From NCBI GenBank assembly GCA_035546035.1, contig DASZXC010000008.1:252265-316264 (forward strand): 64,000 bases of DNA. Direction: 5' to 3'. The notes below the pieces were generated by a model. The model saw only the letters and a list, made by a program, of their open reading frames with translations, had not been told where the DNA came from and searched no databases. Within the stretch, counting starts at the first letter, position 1; every line of letters begins with the position of its first letter. Shown here in pieces: positions 25,236 through 34,264 of the stretch. The position numbers and the translations under genes were made by a program. The DNA comes from Minisyncoccota bacterium. Lineage in GTDB: Bacteria; Patescibacteriota; Minisyncoccia; Phycocordibacterales; UBA6065.

Positions 25236-27197
25236 GCCGGCATAAGCTTCCAGAAACTGCATCATGGTCTCGCGGTCGGCGAGGGCTTTGCGCGCGGCGC
25301 TTTCAAGGGGCGTCAAAAGGGAGTTCAGATACGAATGCTCTTTGAGCGCCGGATTGGTTTCGAGAGACGATCGCGCTTTGTCCGCATGGAAGAGCACCGC
25401 CGCCGCGACGTCGCGTATGGTCTTGTCCCAGAAAACGGAACGGAGGGCAGACATGTCTTCGCTCAGGTCGCATTCGCGCTCGCCGGTCTTCGCTTTCCAC
25501 TGAGAAAGGCATCGAACGCTCGCTGGGTTGAAGAATCCGCGCTCGAGGTCCTTCTGCCAGTCATGAGCGTCGTCATTCAATTGCCGCGCGACGAGATAAT
25601 TCTTGAAAAAGGCGAGCAGGCTCGTTATCTCGCGGGAATCAGGGCTGAAACCGCGGCGGATGAGCATGGTGATCGGTCCCAATGCATGCCCGATCGACTT
25701 TTCGGCGATGACGTCGAGATTTTTATAGTCGGGAAGGCTTTCGACGTCGATTATCTTTCCGGCGAATCTGGTCTGGTGCCTTTCCCAGGCATTCGCTGAT
25801 TCGATCTTGTCCATGAGCGCCGTGAATACGCCGCGCTCCGCGGCCGGGATCATATCGGTATATATGTGCACGACCTCGCGGAGCATCATGTTCGCCAGCG
25901 GCACGTGCTCGGGTTCGCCTTCGTCGTCCAAAATGTCGTCGTATATGCGGTATGCGATCCAGCCGAACAGATTCGCGGCGCCGAGCGTGACTGCTTCGCC
26001 AGCGTCTGATTTTTCCCGTGCGGGCGGGACGCCGATCGATTTTTCGAAATGATAGGGAAGGAGCGTGATCTGCCGGCCCGGATCGCCGAGCGTGAGCATG
26101 CGTATGTAGCGGCCGAGCGATTCTATCTGCCGCATGCTCTGCCCGCCGCATCGGTTAGCGACCCTGTTCACGATCGCTTCATGGACCGAATCATCATACG
26201 TCCGGTCGTCCTGCGCGCGATCGTTCCGCGCCTTTATGTCTTGCGTGGCAGAATTCAATCGAACGTACATTGCCAGAGCTTCGACGCAGAACGCCGCGGT
26301 CAGAGCGGGCGCACCGCTGTACAGGATCGAGCTGCGCGCTTCTTCTATATAGATAGGGTCGGCTTTCCATTCGCGTTCGTCGCAGATCTGTTCAAGCCTT
26401 TTTGCCATGATTCCTAATCGCGAATCGTCTGCATGCCGGAAAGTGCCCGAATCGGCATATGTATACCCGGCCAGAGTCGTTAAAGCGCAGGCGGTTTCAA
26501 GCGCCGTATTGCAGAGTTCGTCTGTTTGCCGCAGGGCGACGATATCGGCGACGGCTTTTTCGGCGGCATTTTGCGGAATGCTTCGTTCCAAAAATCTGGC
26601 CATGAAATACAGCATGACCACGGGCGACGCATAATATTTTGACCGATACGTTCCCGTTTCTATGCGCGACAAACAGAGCGCTTTCAGATTCGGCAAAACG
26701 ATATGTTGCGTTTTCAGGAACGTTCCGATATTGGCATTCACGACCGGGTCGATATCGTGCCAGCGGCGTCGGTCCGCGTCAGGTACGATACCGGAGACGA
26801 GCCACGTCTCGTACGGGCCGCCCGGCTTCTCCTCGGCAGAAATCAGCGCTTCAGTGAATCCTGCCAGCGCCGCGCCGTCTATTTTTTCCGGCATGTATGC
26901 GGCCAACGCCTGCAACGCGCACGACGTATCGTCCAGGTCGTCGGGGTACGGCTTGGCCCGCGCCTCGTCGCAGTCGCGGCGCCAATAGTTCCATGTCCAT
27001 CGGGCGTTGCGCTCTTTTAATATGAATTCGCAGCCTTTGCGTATGATATCCGCCGCGACCGGTTCGTTCTGTACGCCGCGCAAGGCGAGCAATATAAGAG
27101 ACGTATGAAAGACATTATCAAACCCGCCGTCCTTCTTCTGCGAGGACTCGATATGGCGCAAGGCCTTCTGTATTGATCTTTGAGGATTGCTTTCCAT
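25233..27197 (-). CDS. Two-domain terpene-synthase-like protein: N-terminal prenyltransferase/squalene-cyclase repeat domain with DxDDT[AS]-like motif plus C-terminal isoprenoid-synthase-fold domain with two Asp-rich motifs
   Basis: N-term: QKKDGGF and EKPGGPYETW PFTB/QW-like repeats, DLDDTS (class II cyclase DxDDTA-like). C-term: YDDILDDE (DDxxD) and RQLNDDAHD (FQxxDDxxD-like) about 115 aa apart. Confidence 0.55.
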   Translation of the reverse strand: MESNPQRSIQKALRHIESSQKKDGGFDNVFHTSLILLALRGVQNEPVAADIIRKGCEFILKERNARWTWNYWRRDCDEARAKPYPDDLDDTSCALQALAAYMPEKIDGAALAGFTEALISAEEKPGGPYETWLVSGIVPDADRRRWHDIDPVVNANIGTFLKTQHIVLPNLKALCLSRIETGTYRSKYYASPVVMLYFMARFLERSIPQNAAEKAVADIVALRQTDELCNTALETACALTTLAGYTYADSGTFRHADDSRLGIMAKRLEQICDEREWKADPIYIEEARSSILYSGAPALTAAFCVEALAMYVRLNSATQDIKARNDRAQDDRTYDDSVHEAIVNRVANRCGGQSMRQIESLGRYIRMLTLGDPGRQITLLPYHFEKSIGVPPAREKSDAGEAVTLGAANLFGWIAYRIYDDILDDEGEPEHVPLANMMLREVVHIYTDMIPAAERGVFTALMDKIESANAWERHQTRFAGKIIDVESLPDYKNLDVIAEKSIGHALGPITMLIRRGFSPDSREITSLLAFFKNYLVARQLNDDAHDWQKDLERGFFNPASVRCLSQWKAKTGERECDLSEDMSALRSVFWDKTIRDVAAAVLFHADKARSSLETNPALKEHSYLNSLLTPLESAARKALADRETMMQFLEAYAG

Positions 27198-28653
27198 TTC
27201 CTCCTGGTGGATGAGCGCGAGGGAAGACGATGGTGAAATTCGAGCCTTCCCGCTCGACGCTTTTGACCGCTATGGTCCCTTTGAAATCTTTGACGACGAT
27301 GTCCTGCGCATTCGATAGTCCGATGCCCATCCCTCGGTGTCTCTCTTTGGTGGTGAAGAACGGATCGAATATCTTGCCGATGACGGCCGCCGATATGCCG
27401 CAGCCATGGTCTCGCACGATGATCTTGATATCGCCCTTGTTTTCGATCAGGCGCACGGCGACGATCCTCTGATCGAACGGCAATGCAGTATTGTTGTACG
27501 AATCGATCGCGTTCGATATGAGGTTTCCGATGACGTGCTGGAGCTTTGTCGGATTGCCGAACGTCGAAACGCGCTTGTCCGCCGCCCAGTCTATGCGGAC
27601 TTTCGTCTGCGCCGCTTTATACGAGAGAAGCGCCAATGCCTCTTCGATCTCGCCGTTCACCGAGAACTCTTCCTCATGGTCGGGCATGGTCAGCTGCTTT
27701 CGGACCGTCGTCACGAATCGCTCGAGCTTCCGCGAAGCCTGGACCGCCCGGCCGACGCTTTCCCTGATATCCTGCATATCGGGGTGGAGCGAATCCTTCA
27801 GATTGTTGACGTTCGCCGCCACCGCCGAAAGGGGATTCATCAGGTCGTGGAATATTCCCGACGACAGCCTGCCGAATTCGGCGAAATGATAGAGCTGCGC
27901 CAATTTTTCCGCCTGCGCCTGGCGCAATTCGCGGGTACGCTCGACGACCGTCGATTCGAGCGACTCGTTCTTCTCTATGAGCGCCCTTTCCGACCTTCGC
28001 GCCCGGGCGAGCGAGTTCTCTATGTCCTTGTTCGAAAGCCAGGCGATCAATTCGATAGCGAAGAAGAACAGGCAATATTTGATGACGTCTACGCTCTCGT
28101 GCGTCTCCTGCATCCATTTCGTGTCTATCGTGATGGCGCCCGCATCGCCCATGAACCTGCAGACGATGAGAGATATCATGACGATGGCGCTGAAGGCGAG
28201 GCTGAATCTAGTGCCGATGAGCGCCCCTGCCATGATGATAAGGAGCGCGTACATGAGGAGCGTGGACGGCAGGTCCGTGCCCCAGCGATAGACGCCGTAC
28301 GTCGTCGCGGCATAGAAGAACGTGATGGCGAAATACGAGACGAGGTCGAAATAGCCCTTGCGCGAAGCGATATATCCCGCGATGAACAGGGCGGGGAATA
28401 TGCTGAAAACGAAGAACGGTATGCCCTCGTATCCCGGCCCTGCTTCGATCTGGCTGATGAGGACGAGCGTATCGAGCGCGAGCAAGAGGCATATCGACCC
28501 TACGAGTATGACGTTCAGGATCGTCTCCCTGCGGCGGTCGTCTTCGGTCGTCGAGCGCGGCTCGAAGAATATCCGGTATAGAAAACGGATACTTCTTTTA
28601 AAGAAACGTTCGGAGCTTTGAGCGTCCTCGTTTTTCCGGAGAGAAGTATCCAT
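27118..28653 (-). CDS. Sensor histidine kinase (polytopic membrane sensor domain)
   Basis: Six N-terminal TM helices, HisKA H-box (IFHDLMNPLSAV), HATPase_c N/G1/G2 boxes (GNLISNAIDSY, DHGCGIS, GMGIGLS); 3-prime end overlaps next gene by 80 nt. Confidence 0.85.
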   Translation of the reverse strand: MDTSLRKNEDAQSSERFFKRSIRFLYRIFFEPRSTTEDDRRRETILNVILVGSICLLLALDTLVLISQIEAGPGYEGIPFFVFSIFPALFIAGYIASRKGYFDLVSYFAITFFYAATTYGVYRWGTDLPSTLLMYALLIIMAGALIGTRFSLAFSAIVMISLIVCRFMGDAGAITIDTKWMQETHESVDVIKYCLFFFAIELIAWLSNKDIENSLARARRSERALIEKNESLESTVVERTRELRQAQAEKLAQLYHFAEFGRLSSGIFHDLMNPLSAVAANVNNLKDSLHPDMQDIRESVGRAVQASRKLERFVTTVRKQLTMPDHEEEFSVNGEIEEALALLSYKAAQTKVRIDWAADKRVSTFGNPTKLQHVIGNLISNAIDSYNNTALPFDQRIVAVRLIENKGDIKIIVRDHGCGISAAVIGKIFDPFFTTKERHRGMGIGLSNAQDIVVKDFKGTIAVKSVEREGSNFTIVFPRAHPPGGNGKQSSKINTEGLAPYRVLAEEGRRV

Positions 28654-28802
28654 TTTCCCTTAGTCCTTAGGCCTCATCGGTCCATGGGTACATGGTAGCC
28701 GACGCGAGGGCAGCCTCCCGTGCCTCTACGGCGCTTCGCGAAGAAGCGTCGGTGAGGATCTTTTCGACAACGTTGTTCATATGCATGAGAAATGAGTTGC
28801 TA

Positions 28803-28837
28803 AGGAACAGATGCCTATTCGACGATAGGTTGTTCCT
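28803..28837. repeat. Nested palindrome in regulator-kinase intergenic gap
   Basis: AGGAACAG-atg-CCTATTCGACGATAGG-ttg-TTCCT: outer arms AGGAACA/TGTTCCT, inner arms CCTAT/ATAGG. Confidence 0.4.
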
Positions 28838-28858
28838 TCGAAATTGTCGGGCCTGCCC

Positions 28859-28874
28859 GGTCAAGAAAAAGTCA
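28859..28874 (-). promoter_or_regulatory. Shared 16-bp motif, site 2, just downstream of response-regulator stop and about 200 nt upstream of kinase start
   Basis: GGTCAAGAAAAAGTCA identical to 25220-25235. Confidence 0.45.
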
Positions 28875-28887
28875 AATTATAGTAAAA

Positions 28888-29556
28888 CTAATCGTCCTTT
28901 ATCTTGTATCCGCGGCCGGGAATGTTGTAGATCAGCTTTTCCCGCTTCTTTTCGAGCTTTTTGCGCAAGTTGACGATGTGTGTCTCTATGGTCTTCGAGA
29001 GGGGGTCGCTCTCCATATCCCAGACGTGCTCCATGATGGTGCCGCGCGATACGACTTTGCCCTTGTTGCGGAGGAGGAGCTCGAGGAGGGCGAATTCTTT
29101 CCTGGTGAGATACACGTCTATGCCGTTCTTGGTCACTTCCTGGCTTCCGGCATCGAGGAGCACGCCGCCCGCGGCGAACGTCGTCGGTTCGACTTTGTAC
29201 GTGCGGCGGAGCAGGGCGCGCATGCGCGATACGAGCTCCTGATGGGAATACGGCTTGGTGATATAGTCGTCGGCGCCGGAATCGAGGGCAAGCGCCTTGT
29301 CGTCCACGTGGGCATTGACCGAGAGCATCAGGATAGGGACGTGGCGCCCGACGCGGCGGATCTCCTGGCAGACTTCGAGACCGGTCTTTTTCGGCATCGA
29401 ATGATCCAGGATGATCAGGTCGTATTCGTTGGTGCGGGCCATGAACGAACCGGCCGCGCCGTCCGCCGCAGTGTCTACGGCAAAACATTCTGCCTGGAGT
29501 GTGGCTTTGAGGAGGTCTCTGGTCTCCGCTTGGTCGTCCACGACGAGTATCCTCAT
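28888..29556 (-). CDS. OmpR-family response regulator (receiver plus winged-helix DNA-binding domain)
   Basis: MRILVVDDQ, phospho-acceptor context LIILDHSMP, C-terminal trans_reg_C (RLELLLRNKGKVVSRGTI...NIPGRGYKI); start at ATG 29556. Confidence 0.85.
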   Translation of the reverse strand: MRILVVDDQAETRDLLKATLQAECFAVDTAADGAAGSFMARTNEYDLIILDHSMPKKTGLEVCQEIRRVGRHVPILMLSVNAHVDDKALALDSGADDYITKPYSHQELVSRMRALLRRTYKVEPTTFAAGGVLLDAGSQEVTKNGIDVYLTRKEFALLELLLRNKGKVVSRGTIMEHVWDMESDPLSKTIETHIVNLRKKLEKKREKLIYNIPGRGYKIKDD

Positions 29557-29651
29557 GGGATTAGTAGTGTTGCCCAAAGTATATACCACCAGGGGTTTTT
29601 GGCTATTTAGCCGTTATCCACGGCCCTCCGCGCCGTGCCGCTCCCGCTTCC

Positions 29652-29680
29652 TTGCAACCTGTCTAAATACGTGCTATAAT
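29652..29680 (+). promoter_or_regulatory. Sigma70 promoter TTGCAA-N17-TATAAT for DEAD-box helicase gene, with about 95-nt structured leader
   Basis: TTGCAA 29652-29657, TATAAT 29675-29680; leader contains hairpin CGTGAC...GTCACG. Confidence 0.6.
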
Positions 29681-29776
29681 ACTACCACTAGTGATTTGAT
29701 TCTCTCGTCATGTACGTGACTTGGCAGATTCGGGTCACGCGGAAAGGCTCTGACGCAATTAACGGAGCCGCATAAT

Positions 29777-31267
29777 ATGACACCCATAAAAACTCTCGAA
29801 GCGGCAGAGCATGCCGTTTCTCCGTCGGTTAAATTCACCGATCTGTCGTTGAGCGATTCGCTCCTCGGCGCTCTCAATAAGCATGACTTCGTCACCCCGA
29901 CGCCGATCCAGTCGCGCGTCATCCCTTTGGGCATCGAAGGCAAAGACATCATCGGCATCGCCCAGACCGGAACGGGCAAGACGCTCGGCTTCGGCATTCC
30001 TATGATCGAGCGCATCATCGCGGACAAGAACGCTCGCGGATTGGTGCTTTTGCCTACGCGCGAGCTTGCATTGCAGGTGGACGAGACGATCCGCAAGGTC
30101 GGCACCGGCCTCGGCATATATACTGCCGTCCTCATCGGCGGCGATTCGATGGGACGCCAGATCCGCGACCTTCGCGCCGGTCCCAATATCGTCATCGCGA
30201 CGCCAGGACGCTTGATAGACCATCTCGAGCAGAAGACGATCTCGCTCGACCGCGTCTCGATGCTCGTCTTGGATGAAGCGGACCACATGTTCGACATCGG
30301 CTTCATGCCGCAGATCAAGGAGATCGTGAAAAAGGTGCCGAAGACGCGCCAGACCATGCTTTTCTCCGCGACCATGCCCGAGCCGATCGCGAAATTAGCT
30401 ATGGAGCATATGCAGCTGCCGTTGCGTATCGAGGTCGCTCCTGCGGGCACGGCGAATAAGAACGTCGAACAGGAGATCGTCGTCGTCGAGCGTAAGGCCA
30501 AGTTCGGCTTGCTCTCCAAGCTCGTCGGCGAACATCAGGGCCAGCCGGTGCTCGTATTCACGCGCACCAAGCACGGCGCGAAGGAGATCGCGCGATCGCT
30601 CCGCGATTCCGGCATGACCGCTGCAGAGATTCATTCGAACCGCACGCTCGGCCAGAGGCGCGAGGCGTTGGACGGCTTCAAGAAGCATAAATATCAGGTC
30701 CTCGTGGCGACCGACATCGCGGCGCGCGGCATAGACGTCAAAGACGTCGCTCTCGTCGTCAACTACGATCTGCCTGAGCAGTCCGAAGACTATGTCCACC
30801 GCATCGGCCGTACCGGCCGCGCGGGCAAGGAAGGCAAGGCGGTTTCGTTCGCGACCCCGGACCAGAAGCGCGACATCATGGATATCGAGCGCCTTATAAA
30901 GAAAGAGATCCCTCGCAAGAGCCACGAAGGCGCGGCTATGTCCGAAAGCTCGTTCAGCGGCGGGTCTCGCGGTTACGGATCGCGCGGCGGACGCGGATTC
31001 GGTCGCGGAGGTTTCCGCGGCAGCAGGGGCGGTTTCCGCGGAGGTCCACGAAGCTTCGGCGGTCCTCGCGGCGGTCATTCGTCGCATTCTGCGCATGGCC
31101 ACTCGCATGGTCACGCAGGCCATACGGTAGGCTCTCATGGCGGCGCATCGCGCGGCCCTCGACGCGGTTTCAATTCAAAATATCCTCGACCTCTCAAGAC
31201 CGATCCTTCGAAGAAGGTAGAGCTCGGCACCGGTTACAGGCGCGTATTCAGGAAGGGCGTCCGATAA
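29777..31267 (+). CDS. DEAD-box ATP-dependent RNA helicase with C-terminal RGG/His-rich low-complexity tail
   Basis: Q-motif, Walker A AQTGTGKT, DEAD box (VLDEAD), SAT, HRIGRTGRAG; tail GGRGFGRGGFRGSRGGFRGG...HSSHSAHGHSHGHAGH. Confidence 0.9.
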   Translation: MTPIKTLEAAEHAVSPSVKFTDLSLSDSLLGALNKHDFVTPTPIQSRVIPLGIEGKDIIGIAQTGTGKTLGFGIPMIERIIADKNARGLVLLPTRELALQVDETIRKVGTGLGIYTAVLIGGDSMGRQIRDLRAGPNIVIATPGRLIDHLEQKTISLDRVSMLVLDEADHMFDIGFMPQIKEIVKKVPKTRQTMLFSATMPEPIAKLAMEHMQLPLRIEVAPAGTANKNVEQEIVVVERKAKFGLLSKLVGEHQGQPVLVFTRTKHGAKEIARSLRDSGMTAAEIHSNRTLGQRREALDGFKKHKYQVLVATDIAARGIDVKDVALVVNYDLPEQSEDYVHRIGRTGRAGKEGKAVSFATPDQKRDIMDIERLIKKEIPRKSHEGAAMSESSFSGGSRGYGSRGGRGFGRGGFRGSRGGFRGGPRSFGGPRGGHSSHSAHGHSHGHAGHTVGSHGGASRGPRRGFNSKYPRPLKTDPSKKVELGTGYRRVFRKGVR

Positions 31268-31309
31268 TCAATCCTCGAAGCGGGCGCGCAAGCGTCCGCT
31301 TTACCTATC

Positions 31310-32832
31310 ATGGCCACCGACGTAGTACTGCGGTTCGACGAAGTGTCGTTCGAATACGGGCACAATAAGCCGATCCTCGACGAGGTGAGCTTTTCGGTGC
31401 GCCGCGGCTCGAAGATCACCATCATGGGCCAGAACGGCGCGGGCAAGTCGACGATATTCGGCATGATATTGGCGGCAGCGGGGCAGAATGCGGGCCAGGG
31501 TCAGACTACGCCGAAAATTACGAGTGGCAACATCCACATCACCCGCGGCCTTTCGATCGCCATCGCGCGGCAGGTCATTCCGCGACCGGAATTGGCGCTT
31601 TCCGTCAGGGACTTTTTCCAAAAAGCCCTCATGGACACGAATGGCGGCAAAAAGTGTACGATATCGACCCGCGCATGGACGAAGCGCTCGATGCGGTGAA
31701 CTTTCCATTGCCTGCGACGGGAAAGGACCGCGTTGTCAGCTCGTTCTCGGGCGGGCAGCAGGCGCGATTTTTGCTAGCTTCGGCCTTGGTCCAGAATCCG
31801 GATATCCTGTTGCTCGACGAGCCGACGAACAATCTGGACAAAGCGGGTATCGAGCACCTGACCGCATTCCTCAAAGCGTATCCGAAGACCGTCATCGTCA
31901 TTTCGCACGAGGCGGATTTCCTCAATTCATTCACGGACGGCGTCTTGTACCTGGATGTGCATACCAAGAAAGTCGAGCAGTATCAGGGCGACTATTATGA
32001 CGTGCTCAAAGACATAACTGCGCGCGTCGATCGCGAAAATCGCGCCAATGCGTTGCTCCAGAAAGAGATCCAGGCCAAGAAAGACCAGGCCAATGCATTC
32101 GCCATGAAGGGCGGCGGGCTTCGCTTGGTCGCCAAGCGCATGCGCGAGAAAGCCGAAGAGCTCGAAGAAGACATCGTCGAGGTGCGCAAGGAAGACAAGA
32201 CCATCAAGCCGTTCACCATTCCTGCGCAGCCTGAATTCACGGGCGTGATCATGGAGATCAAGGGATATAAGGTATTCAAGAACCATAAGCCGGTGAAAAG
32301 GACATGCGCGGTGAAATTGAAGCGCCGCCAGCACCTGCTTTTGAAGGGTCCGAACGGCATAGGGAAGTCGACGCTACTCGAAGCTTTGGCGACGGGCAAG
32401 AATTCAGATGGCAGCGCGAACGAAGGCGCGACGATCGCATCGGGCGCGCGCGTCGGATACTATCGCCAGGATTTTTCGACCCTGAATTTCGAAGATACGG
32501 TGCACGAATCGCTGCTGTCGGCGTCGGCGACGCATATCGAACAGCATATCCGCGCGGTCGCGGCAGGATTTTTGATACATGCAGACATGATGGATACCAA
32601 GATCGGCGCATTGTCCGAAGGCCAGAAAGGCCTCGTGGCATTTGCGCGATTGGTCCTGCAGAAGCCCAGCCTCCTCATTTTGGACGAGCCTACGAACCAT
32701 ATTAATTTCAGGCACATTCCTGTGATCGCCAAGGCGCTGGATGAATATGAAGGTGCGATGATATTGGTGAGCCATGTGCCGGAATTTGTGTCGCAAATTC
32801 GGATCGATGAGACGTTGGATTTGGAGGGGTAG
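31310..32832 (+). pseudogene. ABC-F family ATPase (two ABC domains) interrupted by a +1/-1 frame change in an A5 run (31649-31653); frameshifted gene, possible sequencing error
   Basis: ORF 31310-31699 (Walker A GQNGAGKST) and ORF 31654-32832 (signature SGGQQAR, second Walker A GPNGIGKST, LSEGQKG, ILDEPTNH) are contiguous in different frames; one extra A restores NGGKKVYDIDPR. Confidence 0.7.
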
Positions 32833-32998
32833 TCAGGTTGTCTCATTTTTTAATATAACGTATTATCCGTCTGTGAACTTATGGCTCCACACTGAGGAGA
32901 GGCCAAGAATAAACACTATTAAATTAATAGTGGCTAGGTTTGCTTCAGATAGAAATTTAAAATCCGTCTTTTCTGGCAATGAGAAAATCTGGCCAATA

Positions 32999-34264
32999 AT
33001 GAAAGACGGTTTGTTTACATTTAAATACAAGATTGAGGGTATTAAATGTGAAAATGTTGAAAATATTTTTATAACCATTATTAGCGGTTCTTCAAGTTTT
33101 ACAGATTATCTGGTCTTTTATTCAGAAAACCCGCCGCTTGTAACTGATTCACCTCTTTATCTCATTGAAGAGACTAAGACTGGTGATAGTGAGAGCCGTA
33201 ACACGGCAGCGTATCAACGTTCTTCAAAATTTGTCTATGCCAGCTTCTTTTATCCCAAGGTTCCTAAAATCATGTTGTACAGCCTAAGGGTTGCGCAGAG
33301 AAAGGAATCGACCTCAACTTCTGTCTTCGGTACAAAACTTCTGGCGACGCTAGGTGTTGAGATTTTGGGCAGAATATTACAGAAAGACGCCTACTCAGCA
33401 TTTTCAAATATTGATGAATTGATCGAGCTTAAGAATGAAATGTCCCTTCCTCATTACGGGCTTGCTGTGCGGATAAATAAGGTAGGGGATGTAATTAAAA
33501 TATCTGCAAGGCTTGAAAAATCGGGCTATCTTTCTCATGATCCCAATATCGGTATGACGACAGTGATCAGTGCGTGTCTTAGAAAATTAGGTTGGAAGGG
33601 CCGCATCGTCATAACTGATCATGGCTTGGCGAGTCAAAAAAATGTAGGAGTAAGAAACAAATTTATTGCTATTGCCAATCAGCTCGGTGTTGAGCTCGAA
33701 AATCTAACCATACCCAGGGTTTCTCTTCATGGAGAATATTGGAAGGTTGAGGCAAACAAGGAGAAAATAGGAACAATTTTTACTAGTATTCTCTGCGAAG
33801 AATTTACGGACTCGGTTGCTATCTATGAAAATCATGGAGGCTGTGAAAGGGGCTATTTTATTTCTGAAAAAAATAAAGAAAATATAGAATATCTTGCTGT
33901 CCCAAAATTTTCAGATAGAGAAAAATACAAGGCGGGGGACAAAAGTTATATCATTTCTATTCCCGATCTAGTCCTCTACGATAGAAAAAGAGACATAATC
34001 ATTAATGCGGAAGGCAAGGTTTTTGCAAAGCGGGAGGAGGGTTATAAGGAAATAGGTGGGTTTGACTCGTTCGAAGATAAATTTATTAAAAAGTATTATC
34101 CGGGCTCAGAAATTTCAAGGACGCTCATACTTTCAGGCAGTAAAGACGAGGCGATTGATAATCCAATTACAGGCTTACTCTTAAATCAAGACGGATTAAT
34201 CGTCTTGGGGGAAAAGACACCTCTCTTGTTCAAGGAGGCTGTGGCGAATCTACTTTCTTTGTAG
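32999..34264 (+). CDS. Putative Type II restriction endonuclease of low-GC R-M island (two PD-(D/E)xK-like motifs)
   Basis: Low-GC coding; motifs TDSPLYLIEETK and IPDLVLYDRKRDIIINAEGK; convergent with and overlapping 3-prime end of methyltransferase gene; start at first ATG inside AT-rich region rather than the extended ORF start 32774. Confidence 0.4.
   Translation: MKDGLFTFKYKIEGIKCENVENIFITIISGSSSFTDYLVFYSENPPLVTDSPLYLIEETKTGDSESRNTAAYQRSSKFVYASFFYPKVPKIMLYSLRVAQRKESTSTSVFGTKLLATLGVEILGRILQKDAYSAFSNIDELIELKNEMSLPHYGLAVRINKVGDVIKISARLEKSGYLSHDPNIGMTTVISACLRKLGWKGRIVITDHGLASQKNVGVRNKFIAIANQLGVELENLTIPRVSLHGEYWKVEANKEKIGTIFTSILCEEFTDSVAIYENHGGCERGYFISEKNKENIEYLAVPKFSDREKYKAGDKSYIISIPDLVLYDRKRDIIINAEGKVFAKREEGYKEIGGFDSFEDKFIKKYYPGSEISRTLILSGSKDEAIDNPITGLLLNQDGLIVLGEKTPLLFKEAVANLLSL

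Noticed and set aside
28667-28864. 65-aa ORF in the response-regulator-to-kinase intergenic gap
   Set aside because: Overlaps the nested palindrome and the shared 16-bp motif, has no supporting features, and the region is more plausibly regulatory.
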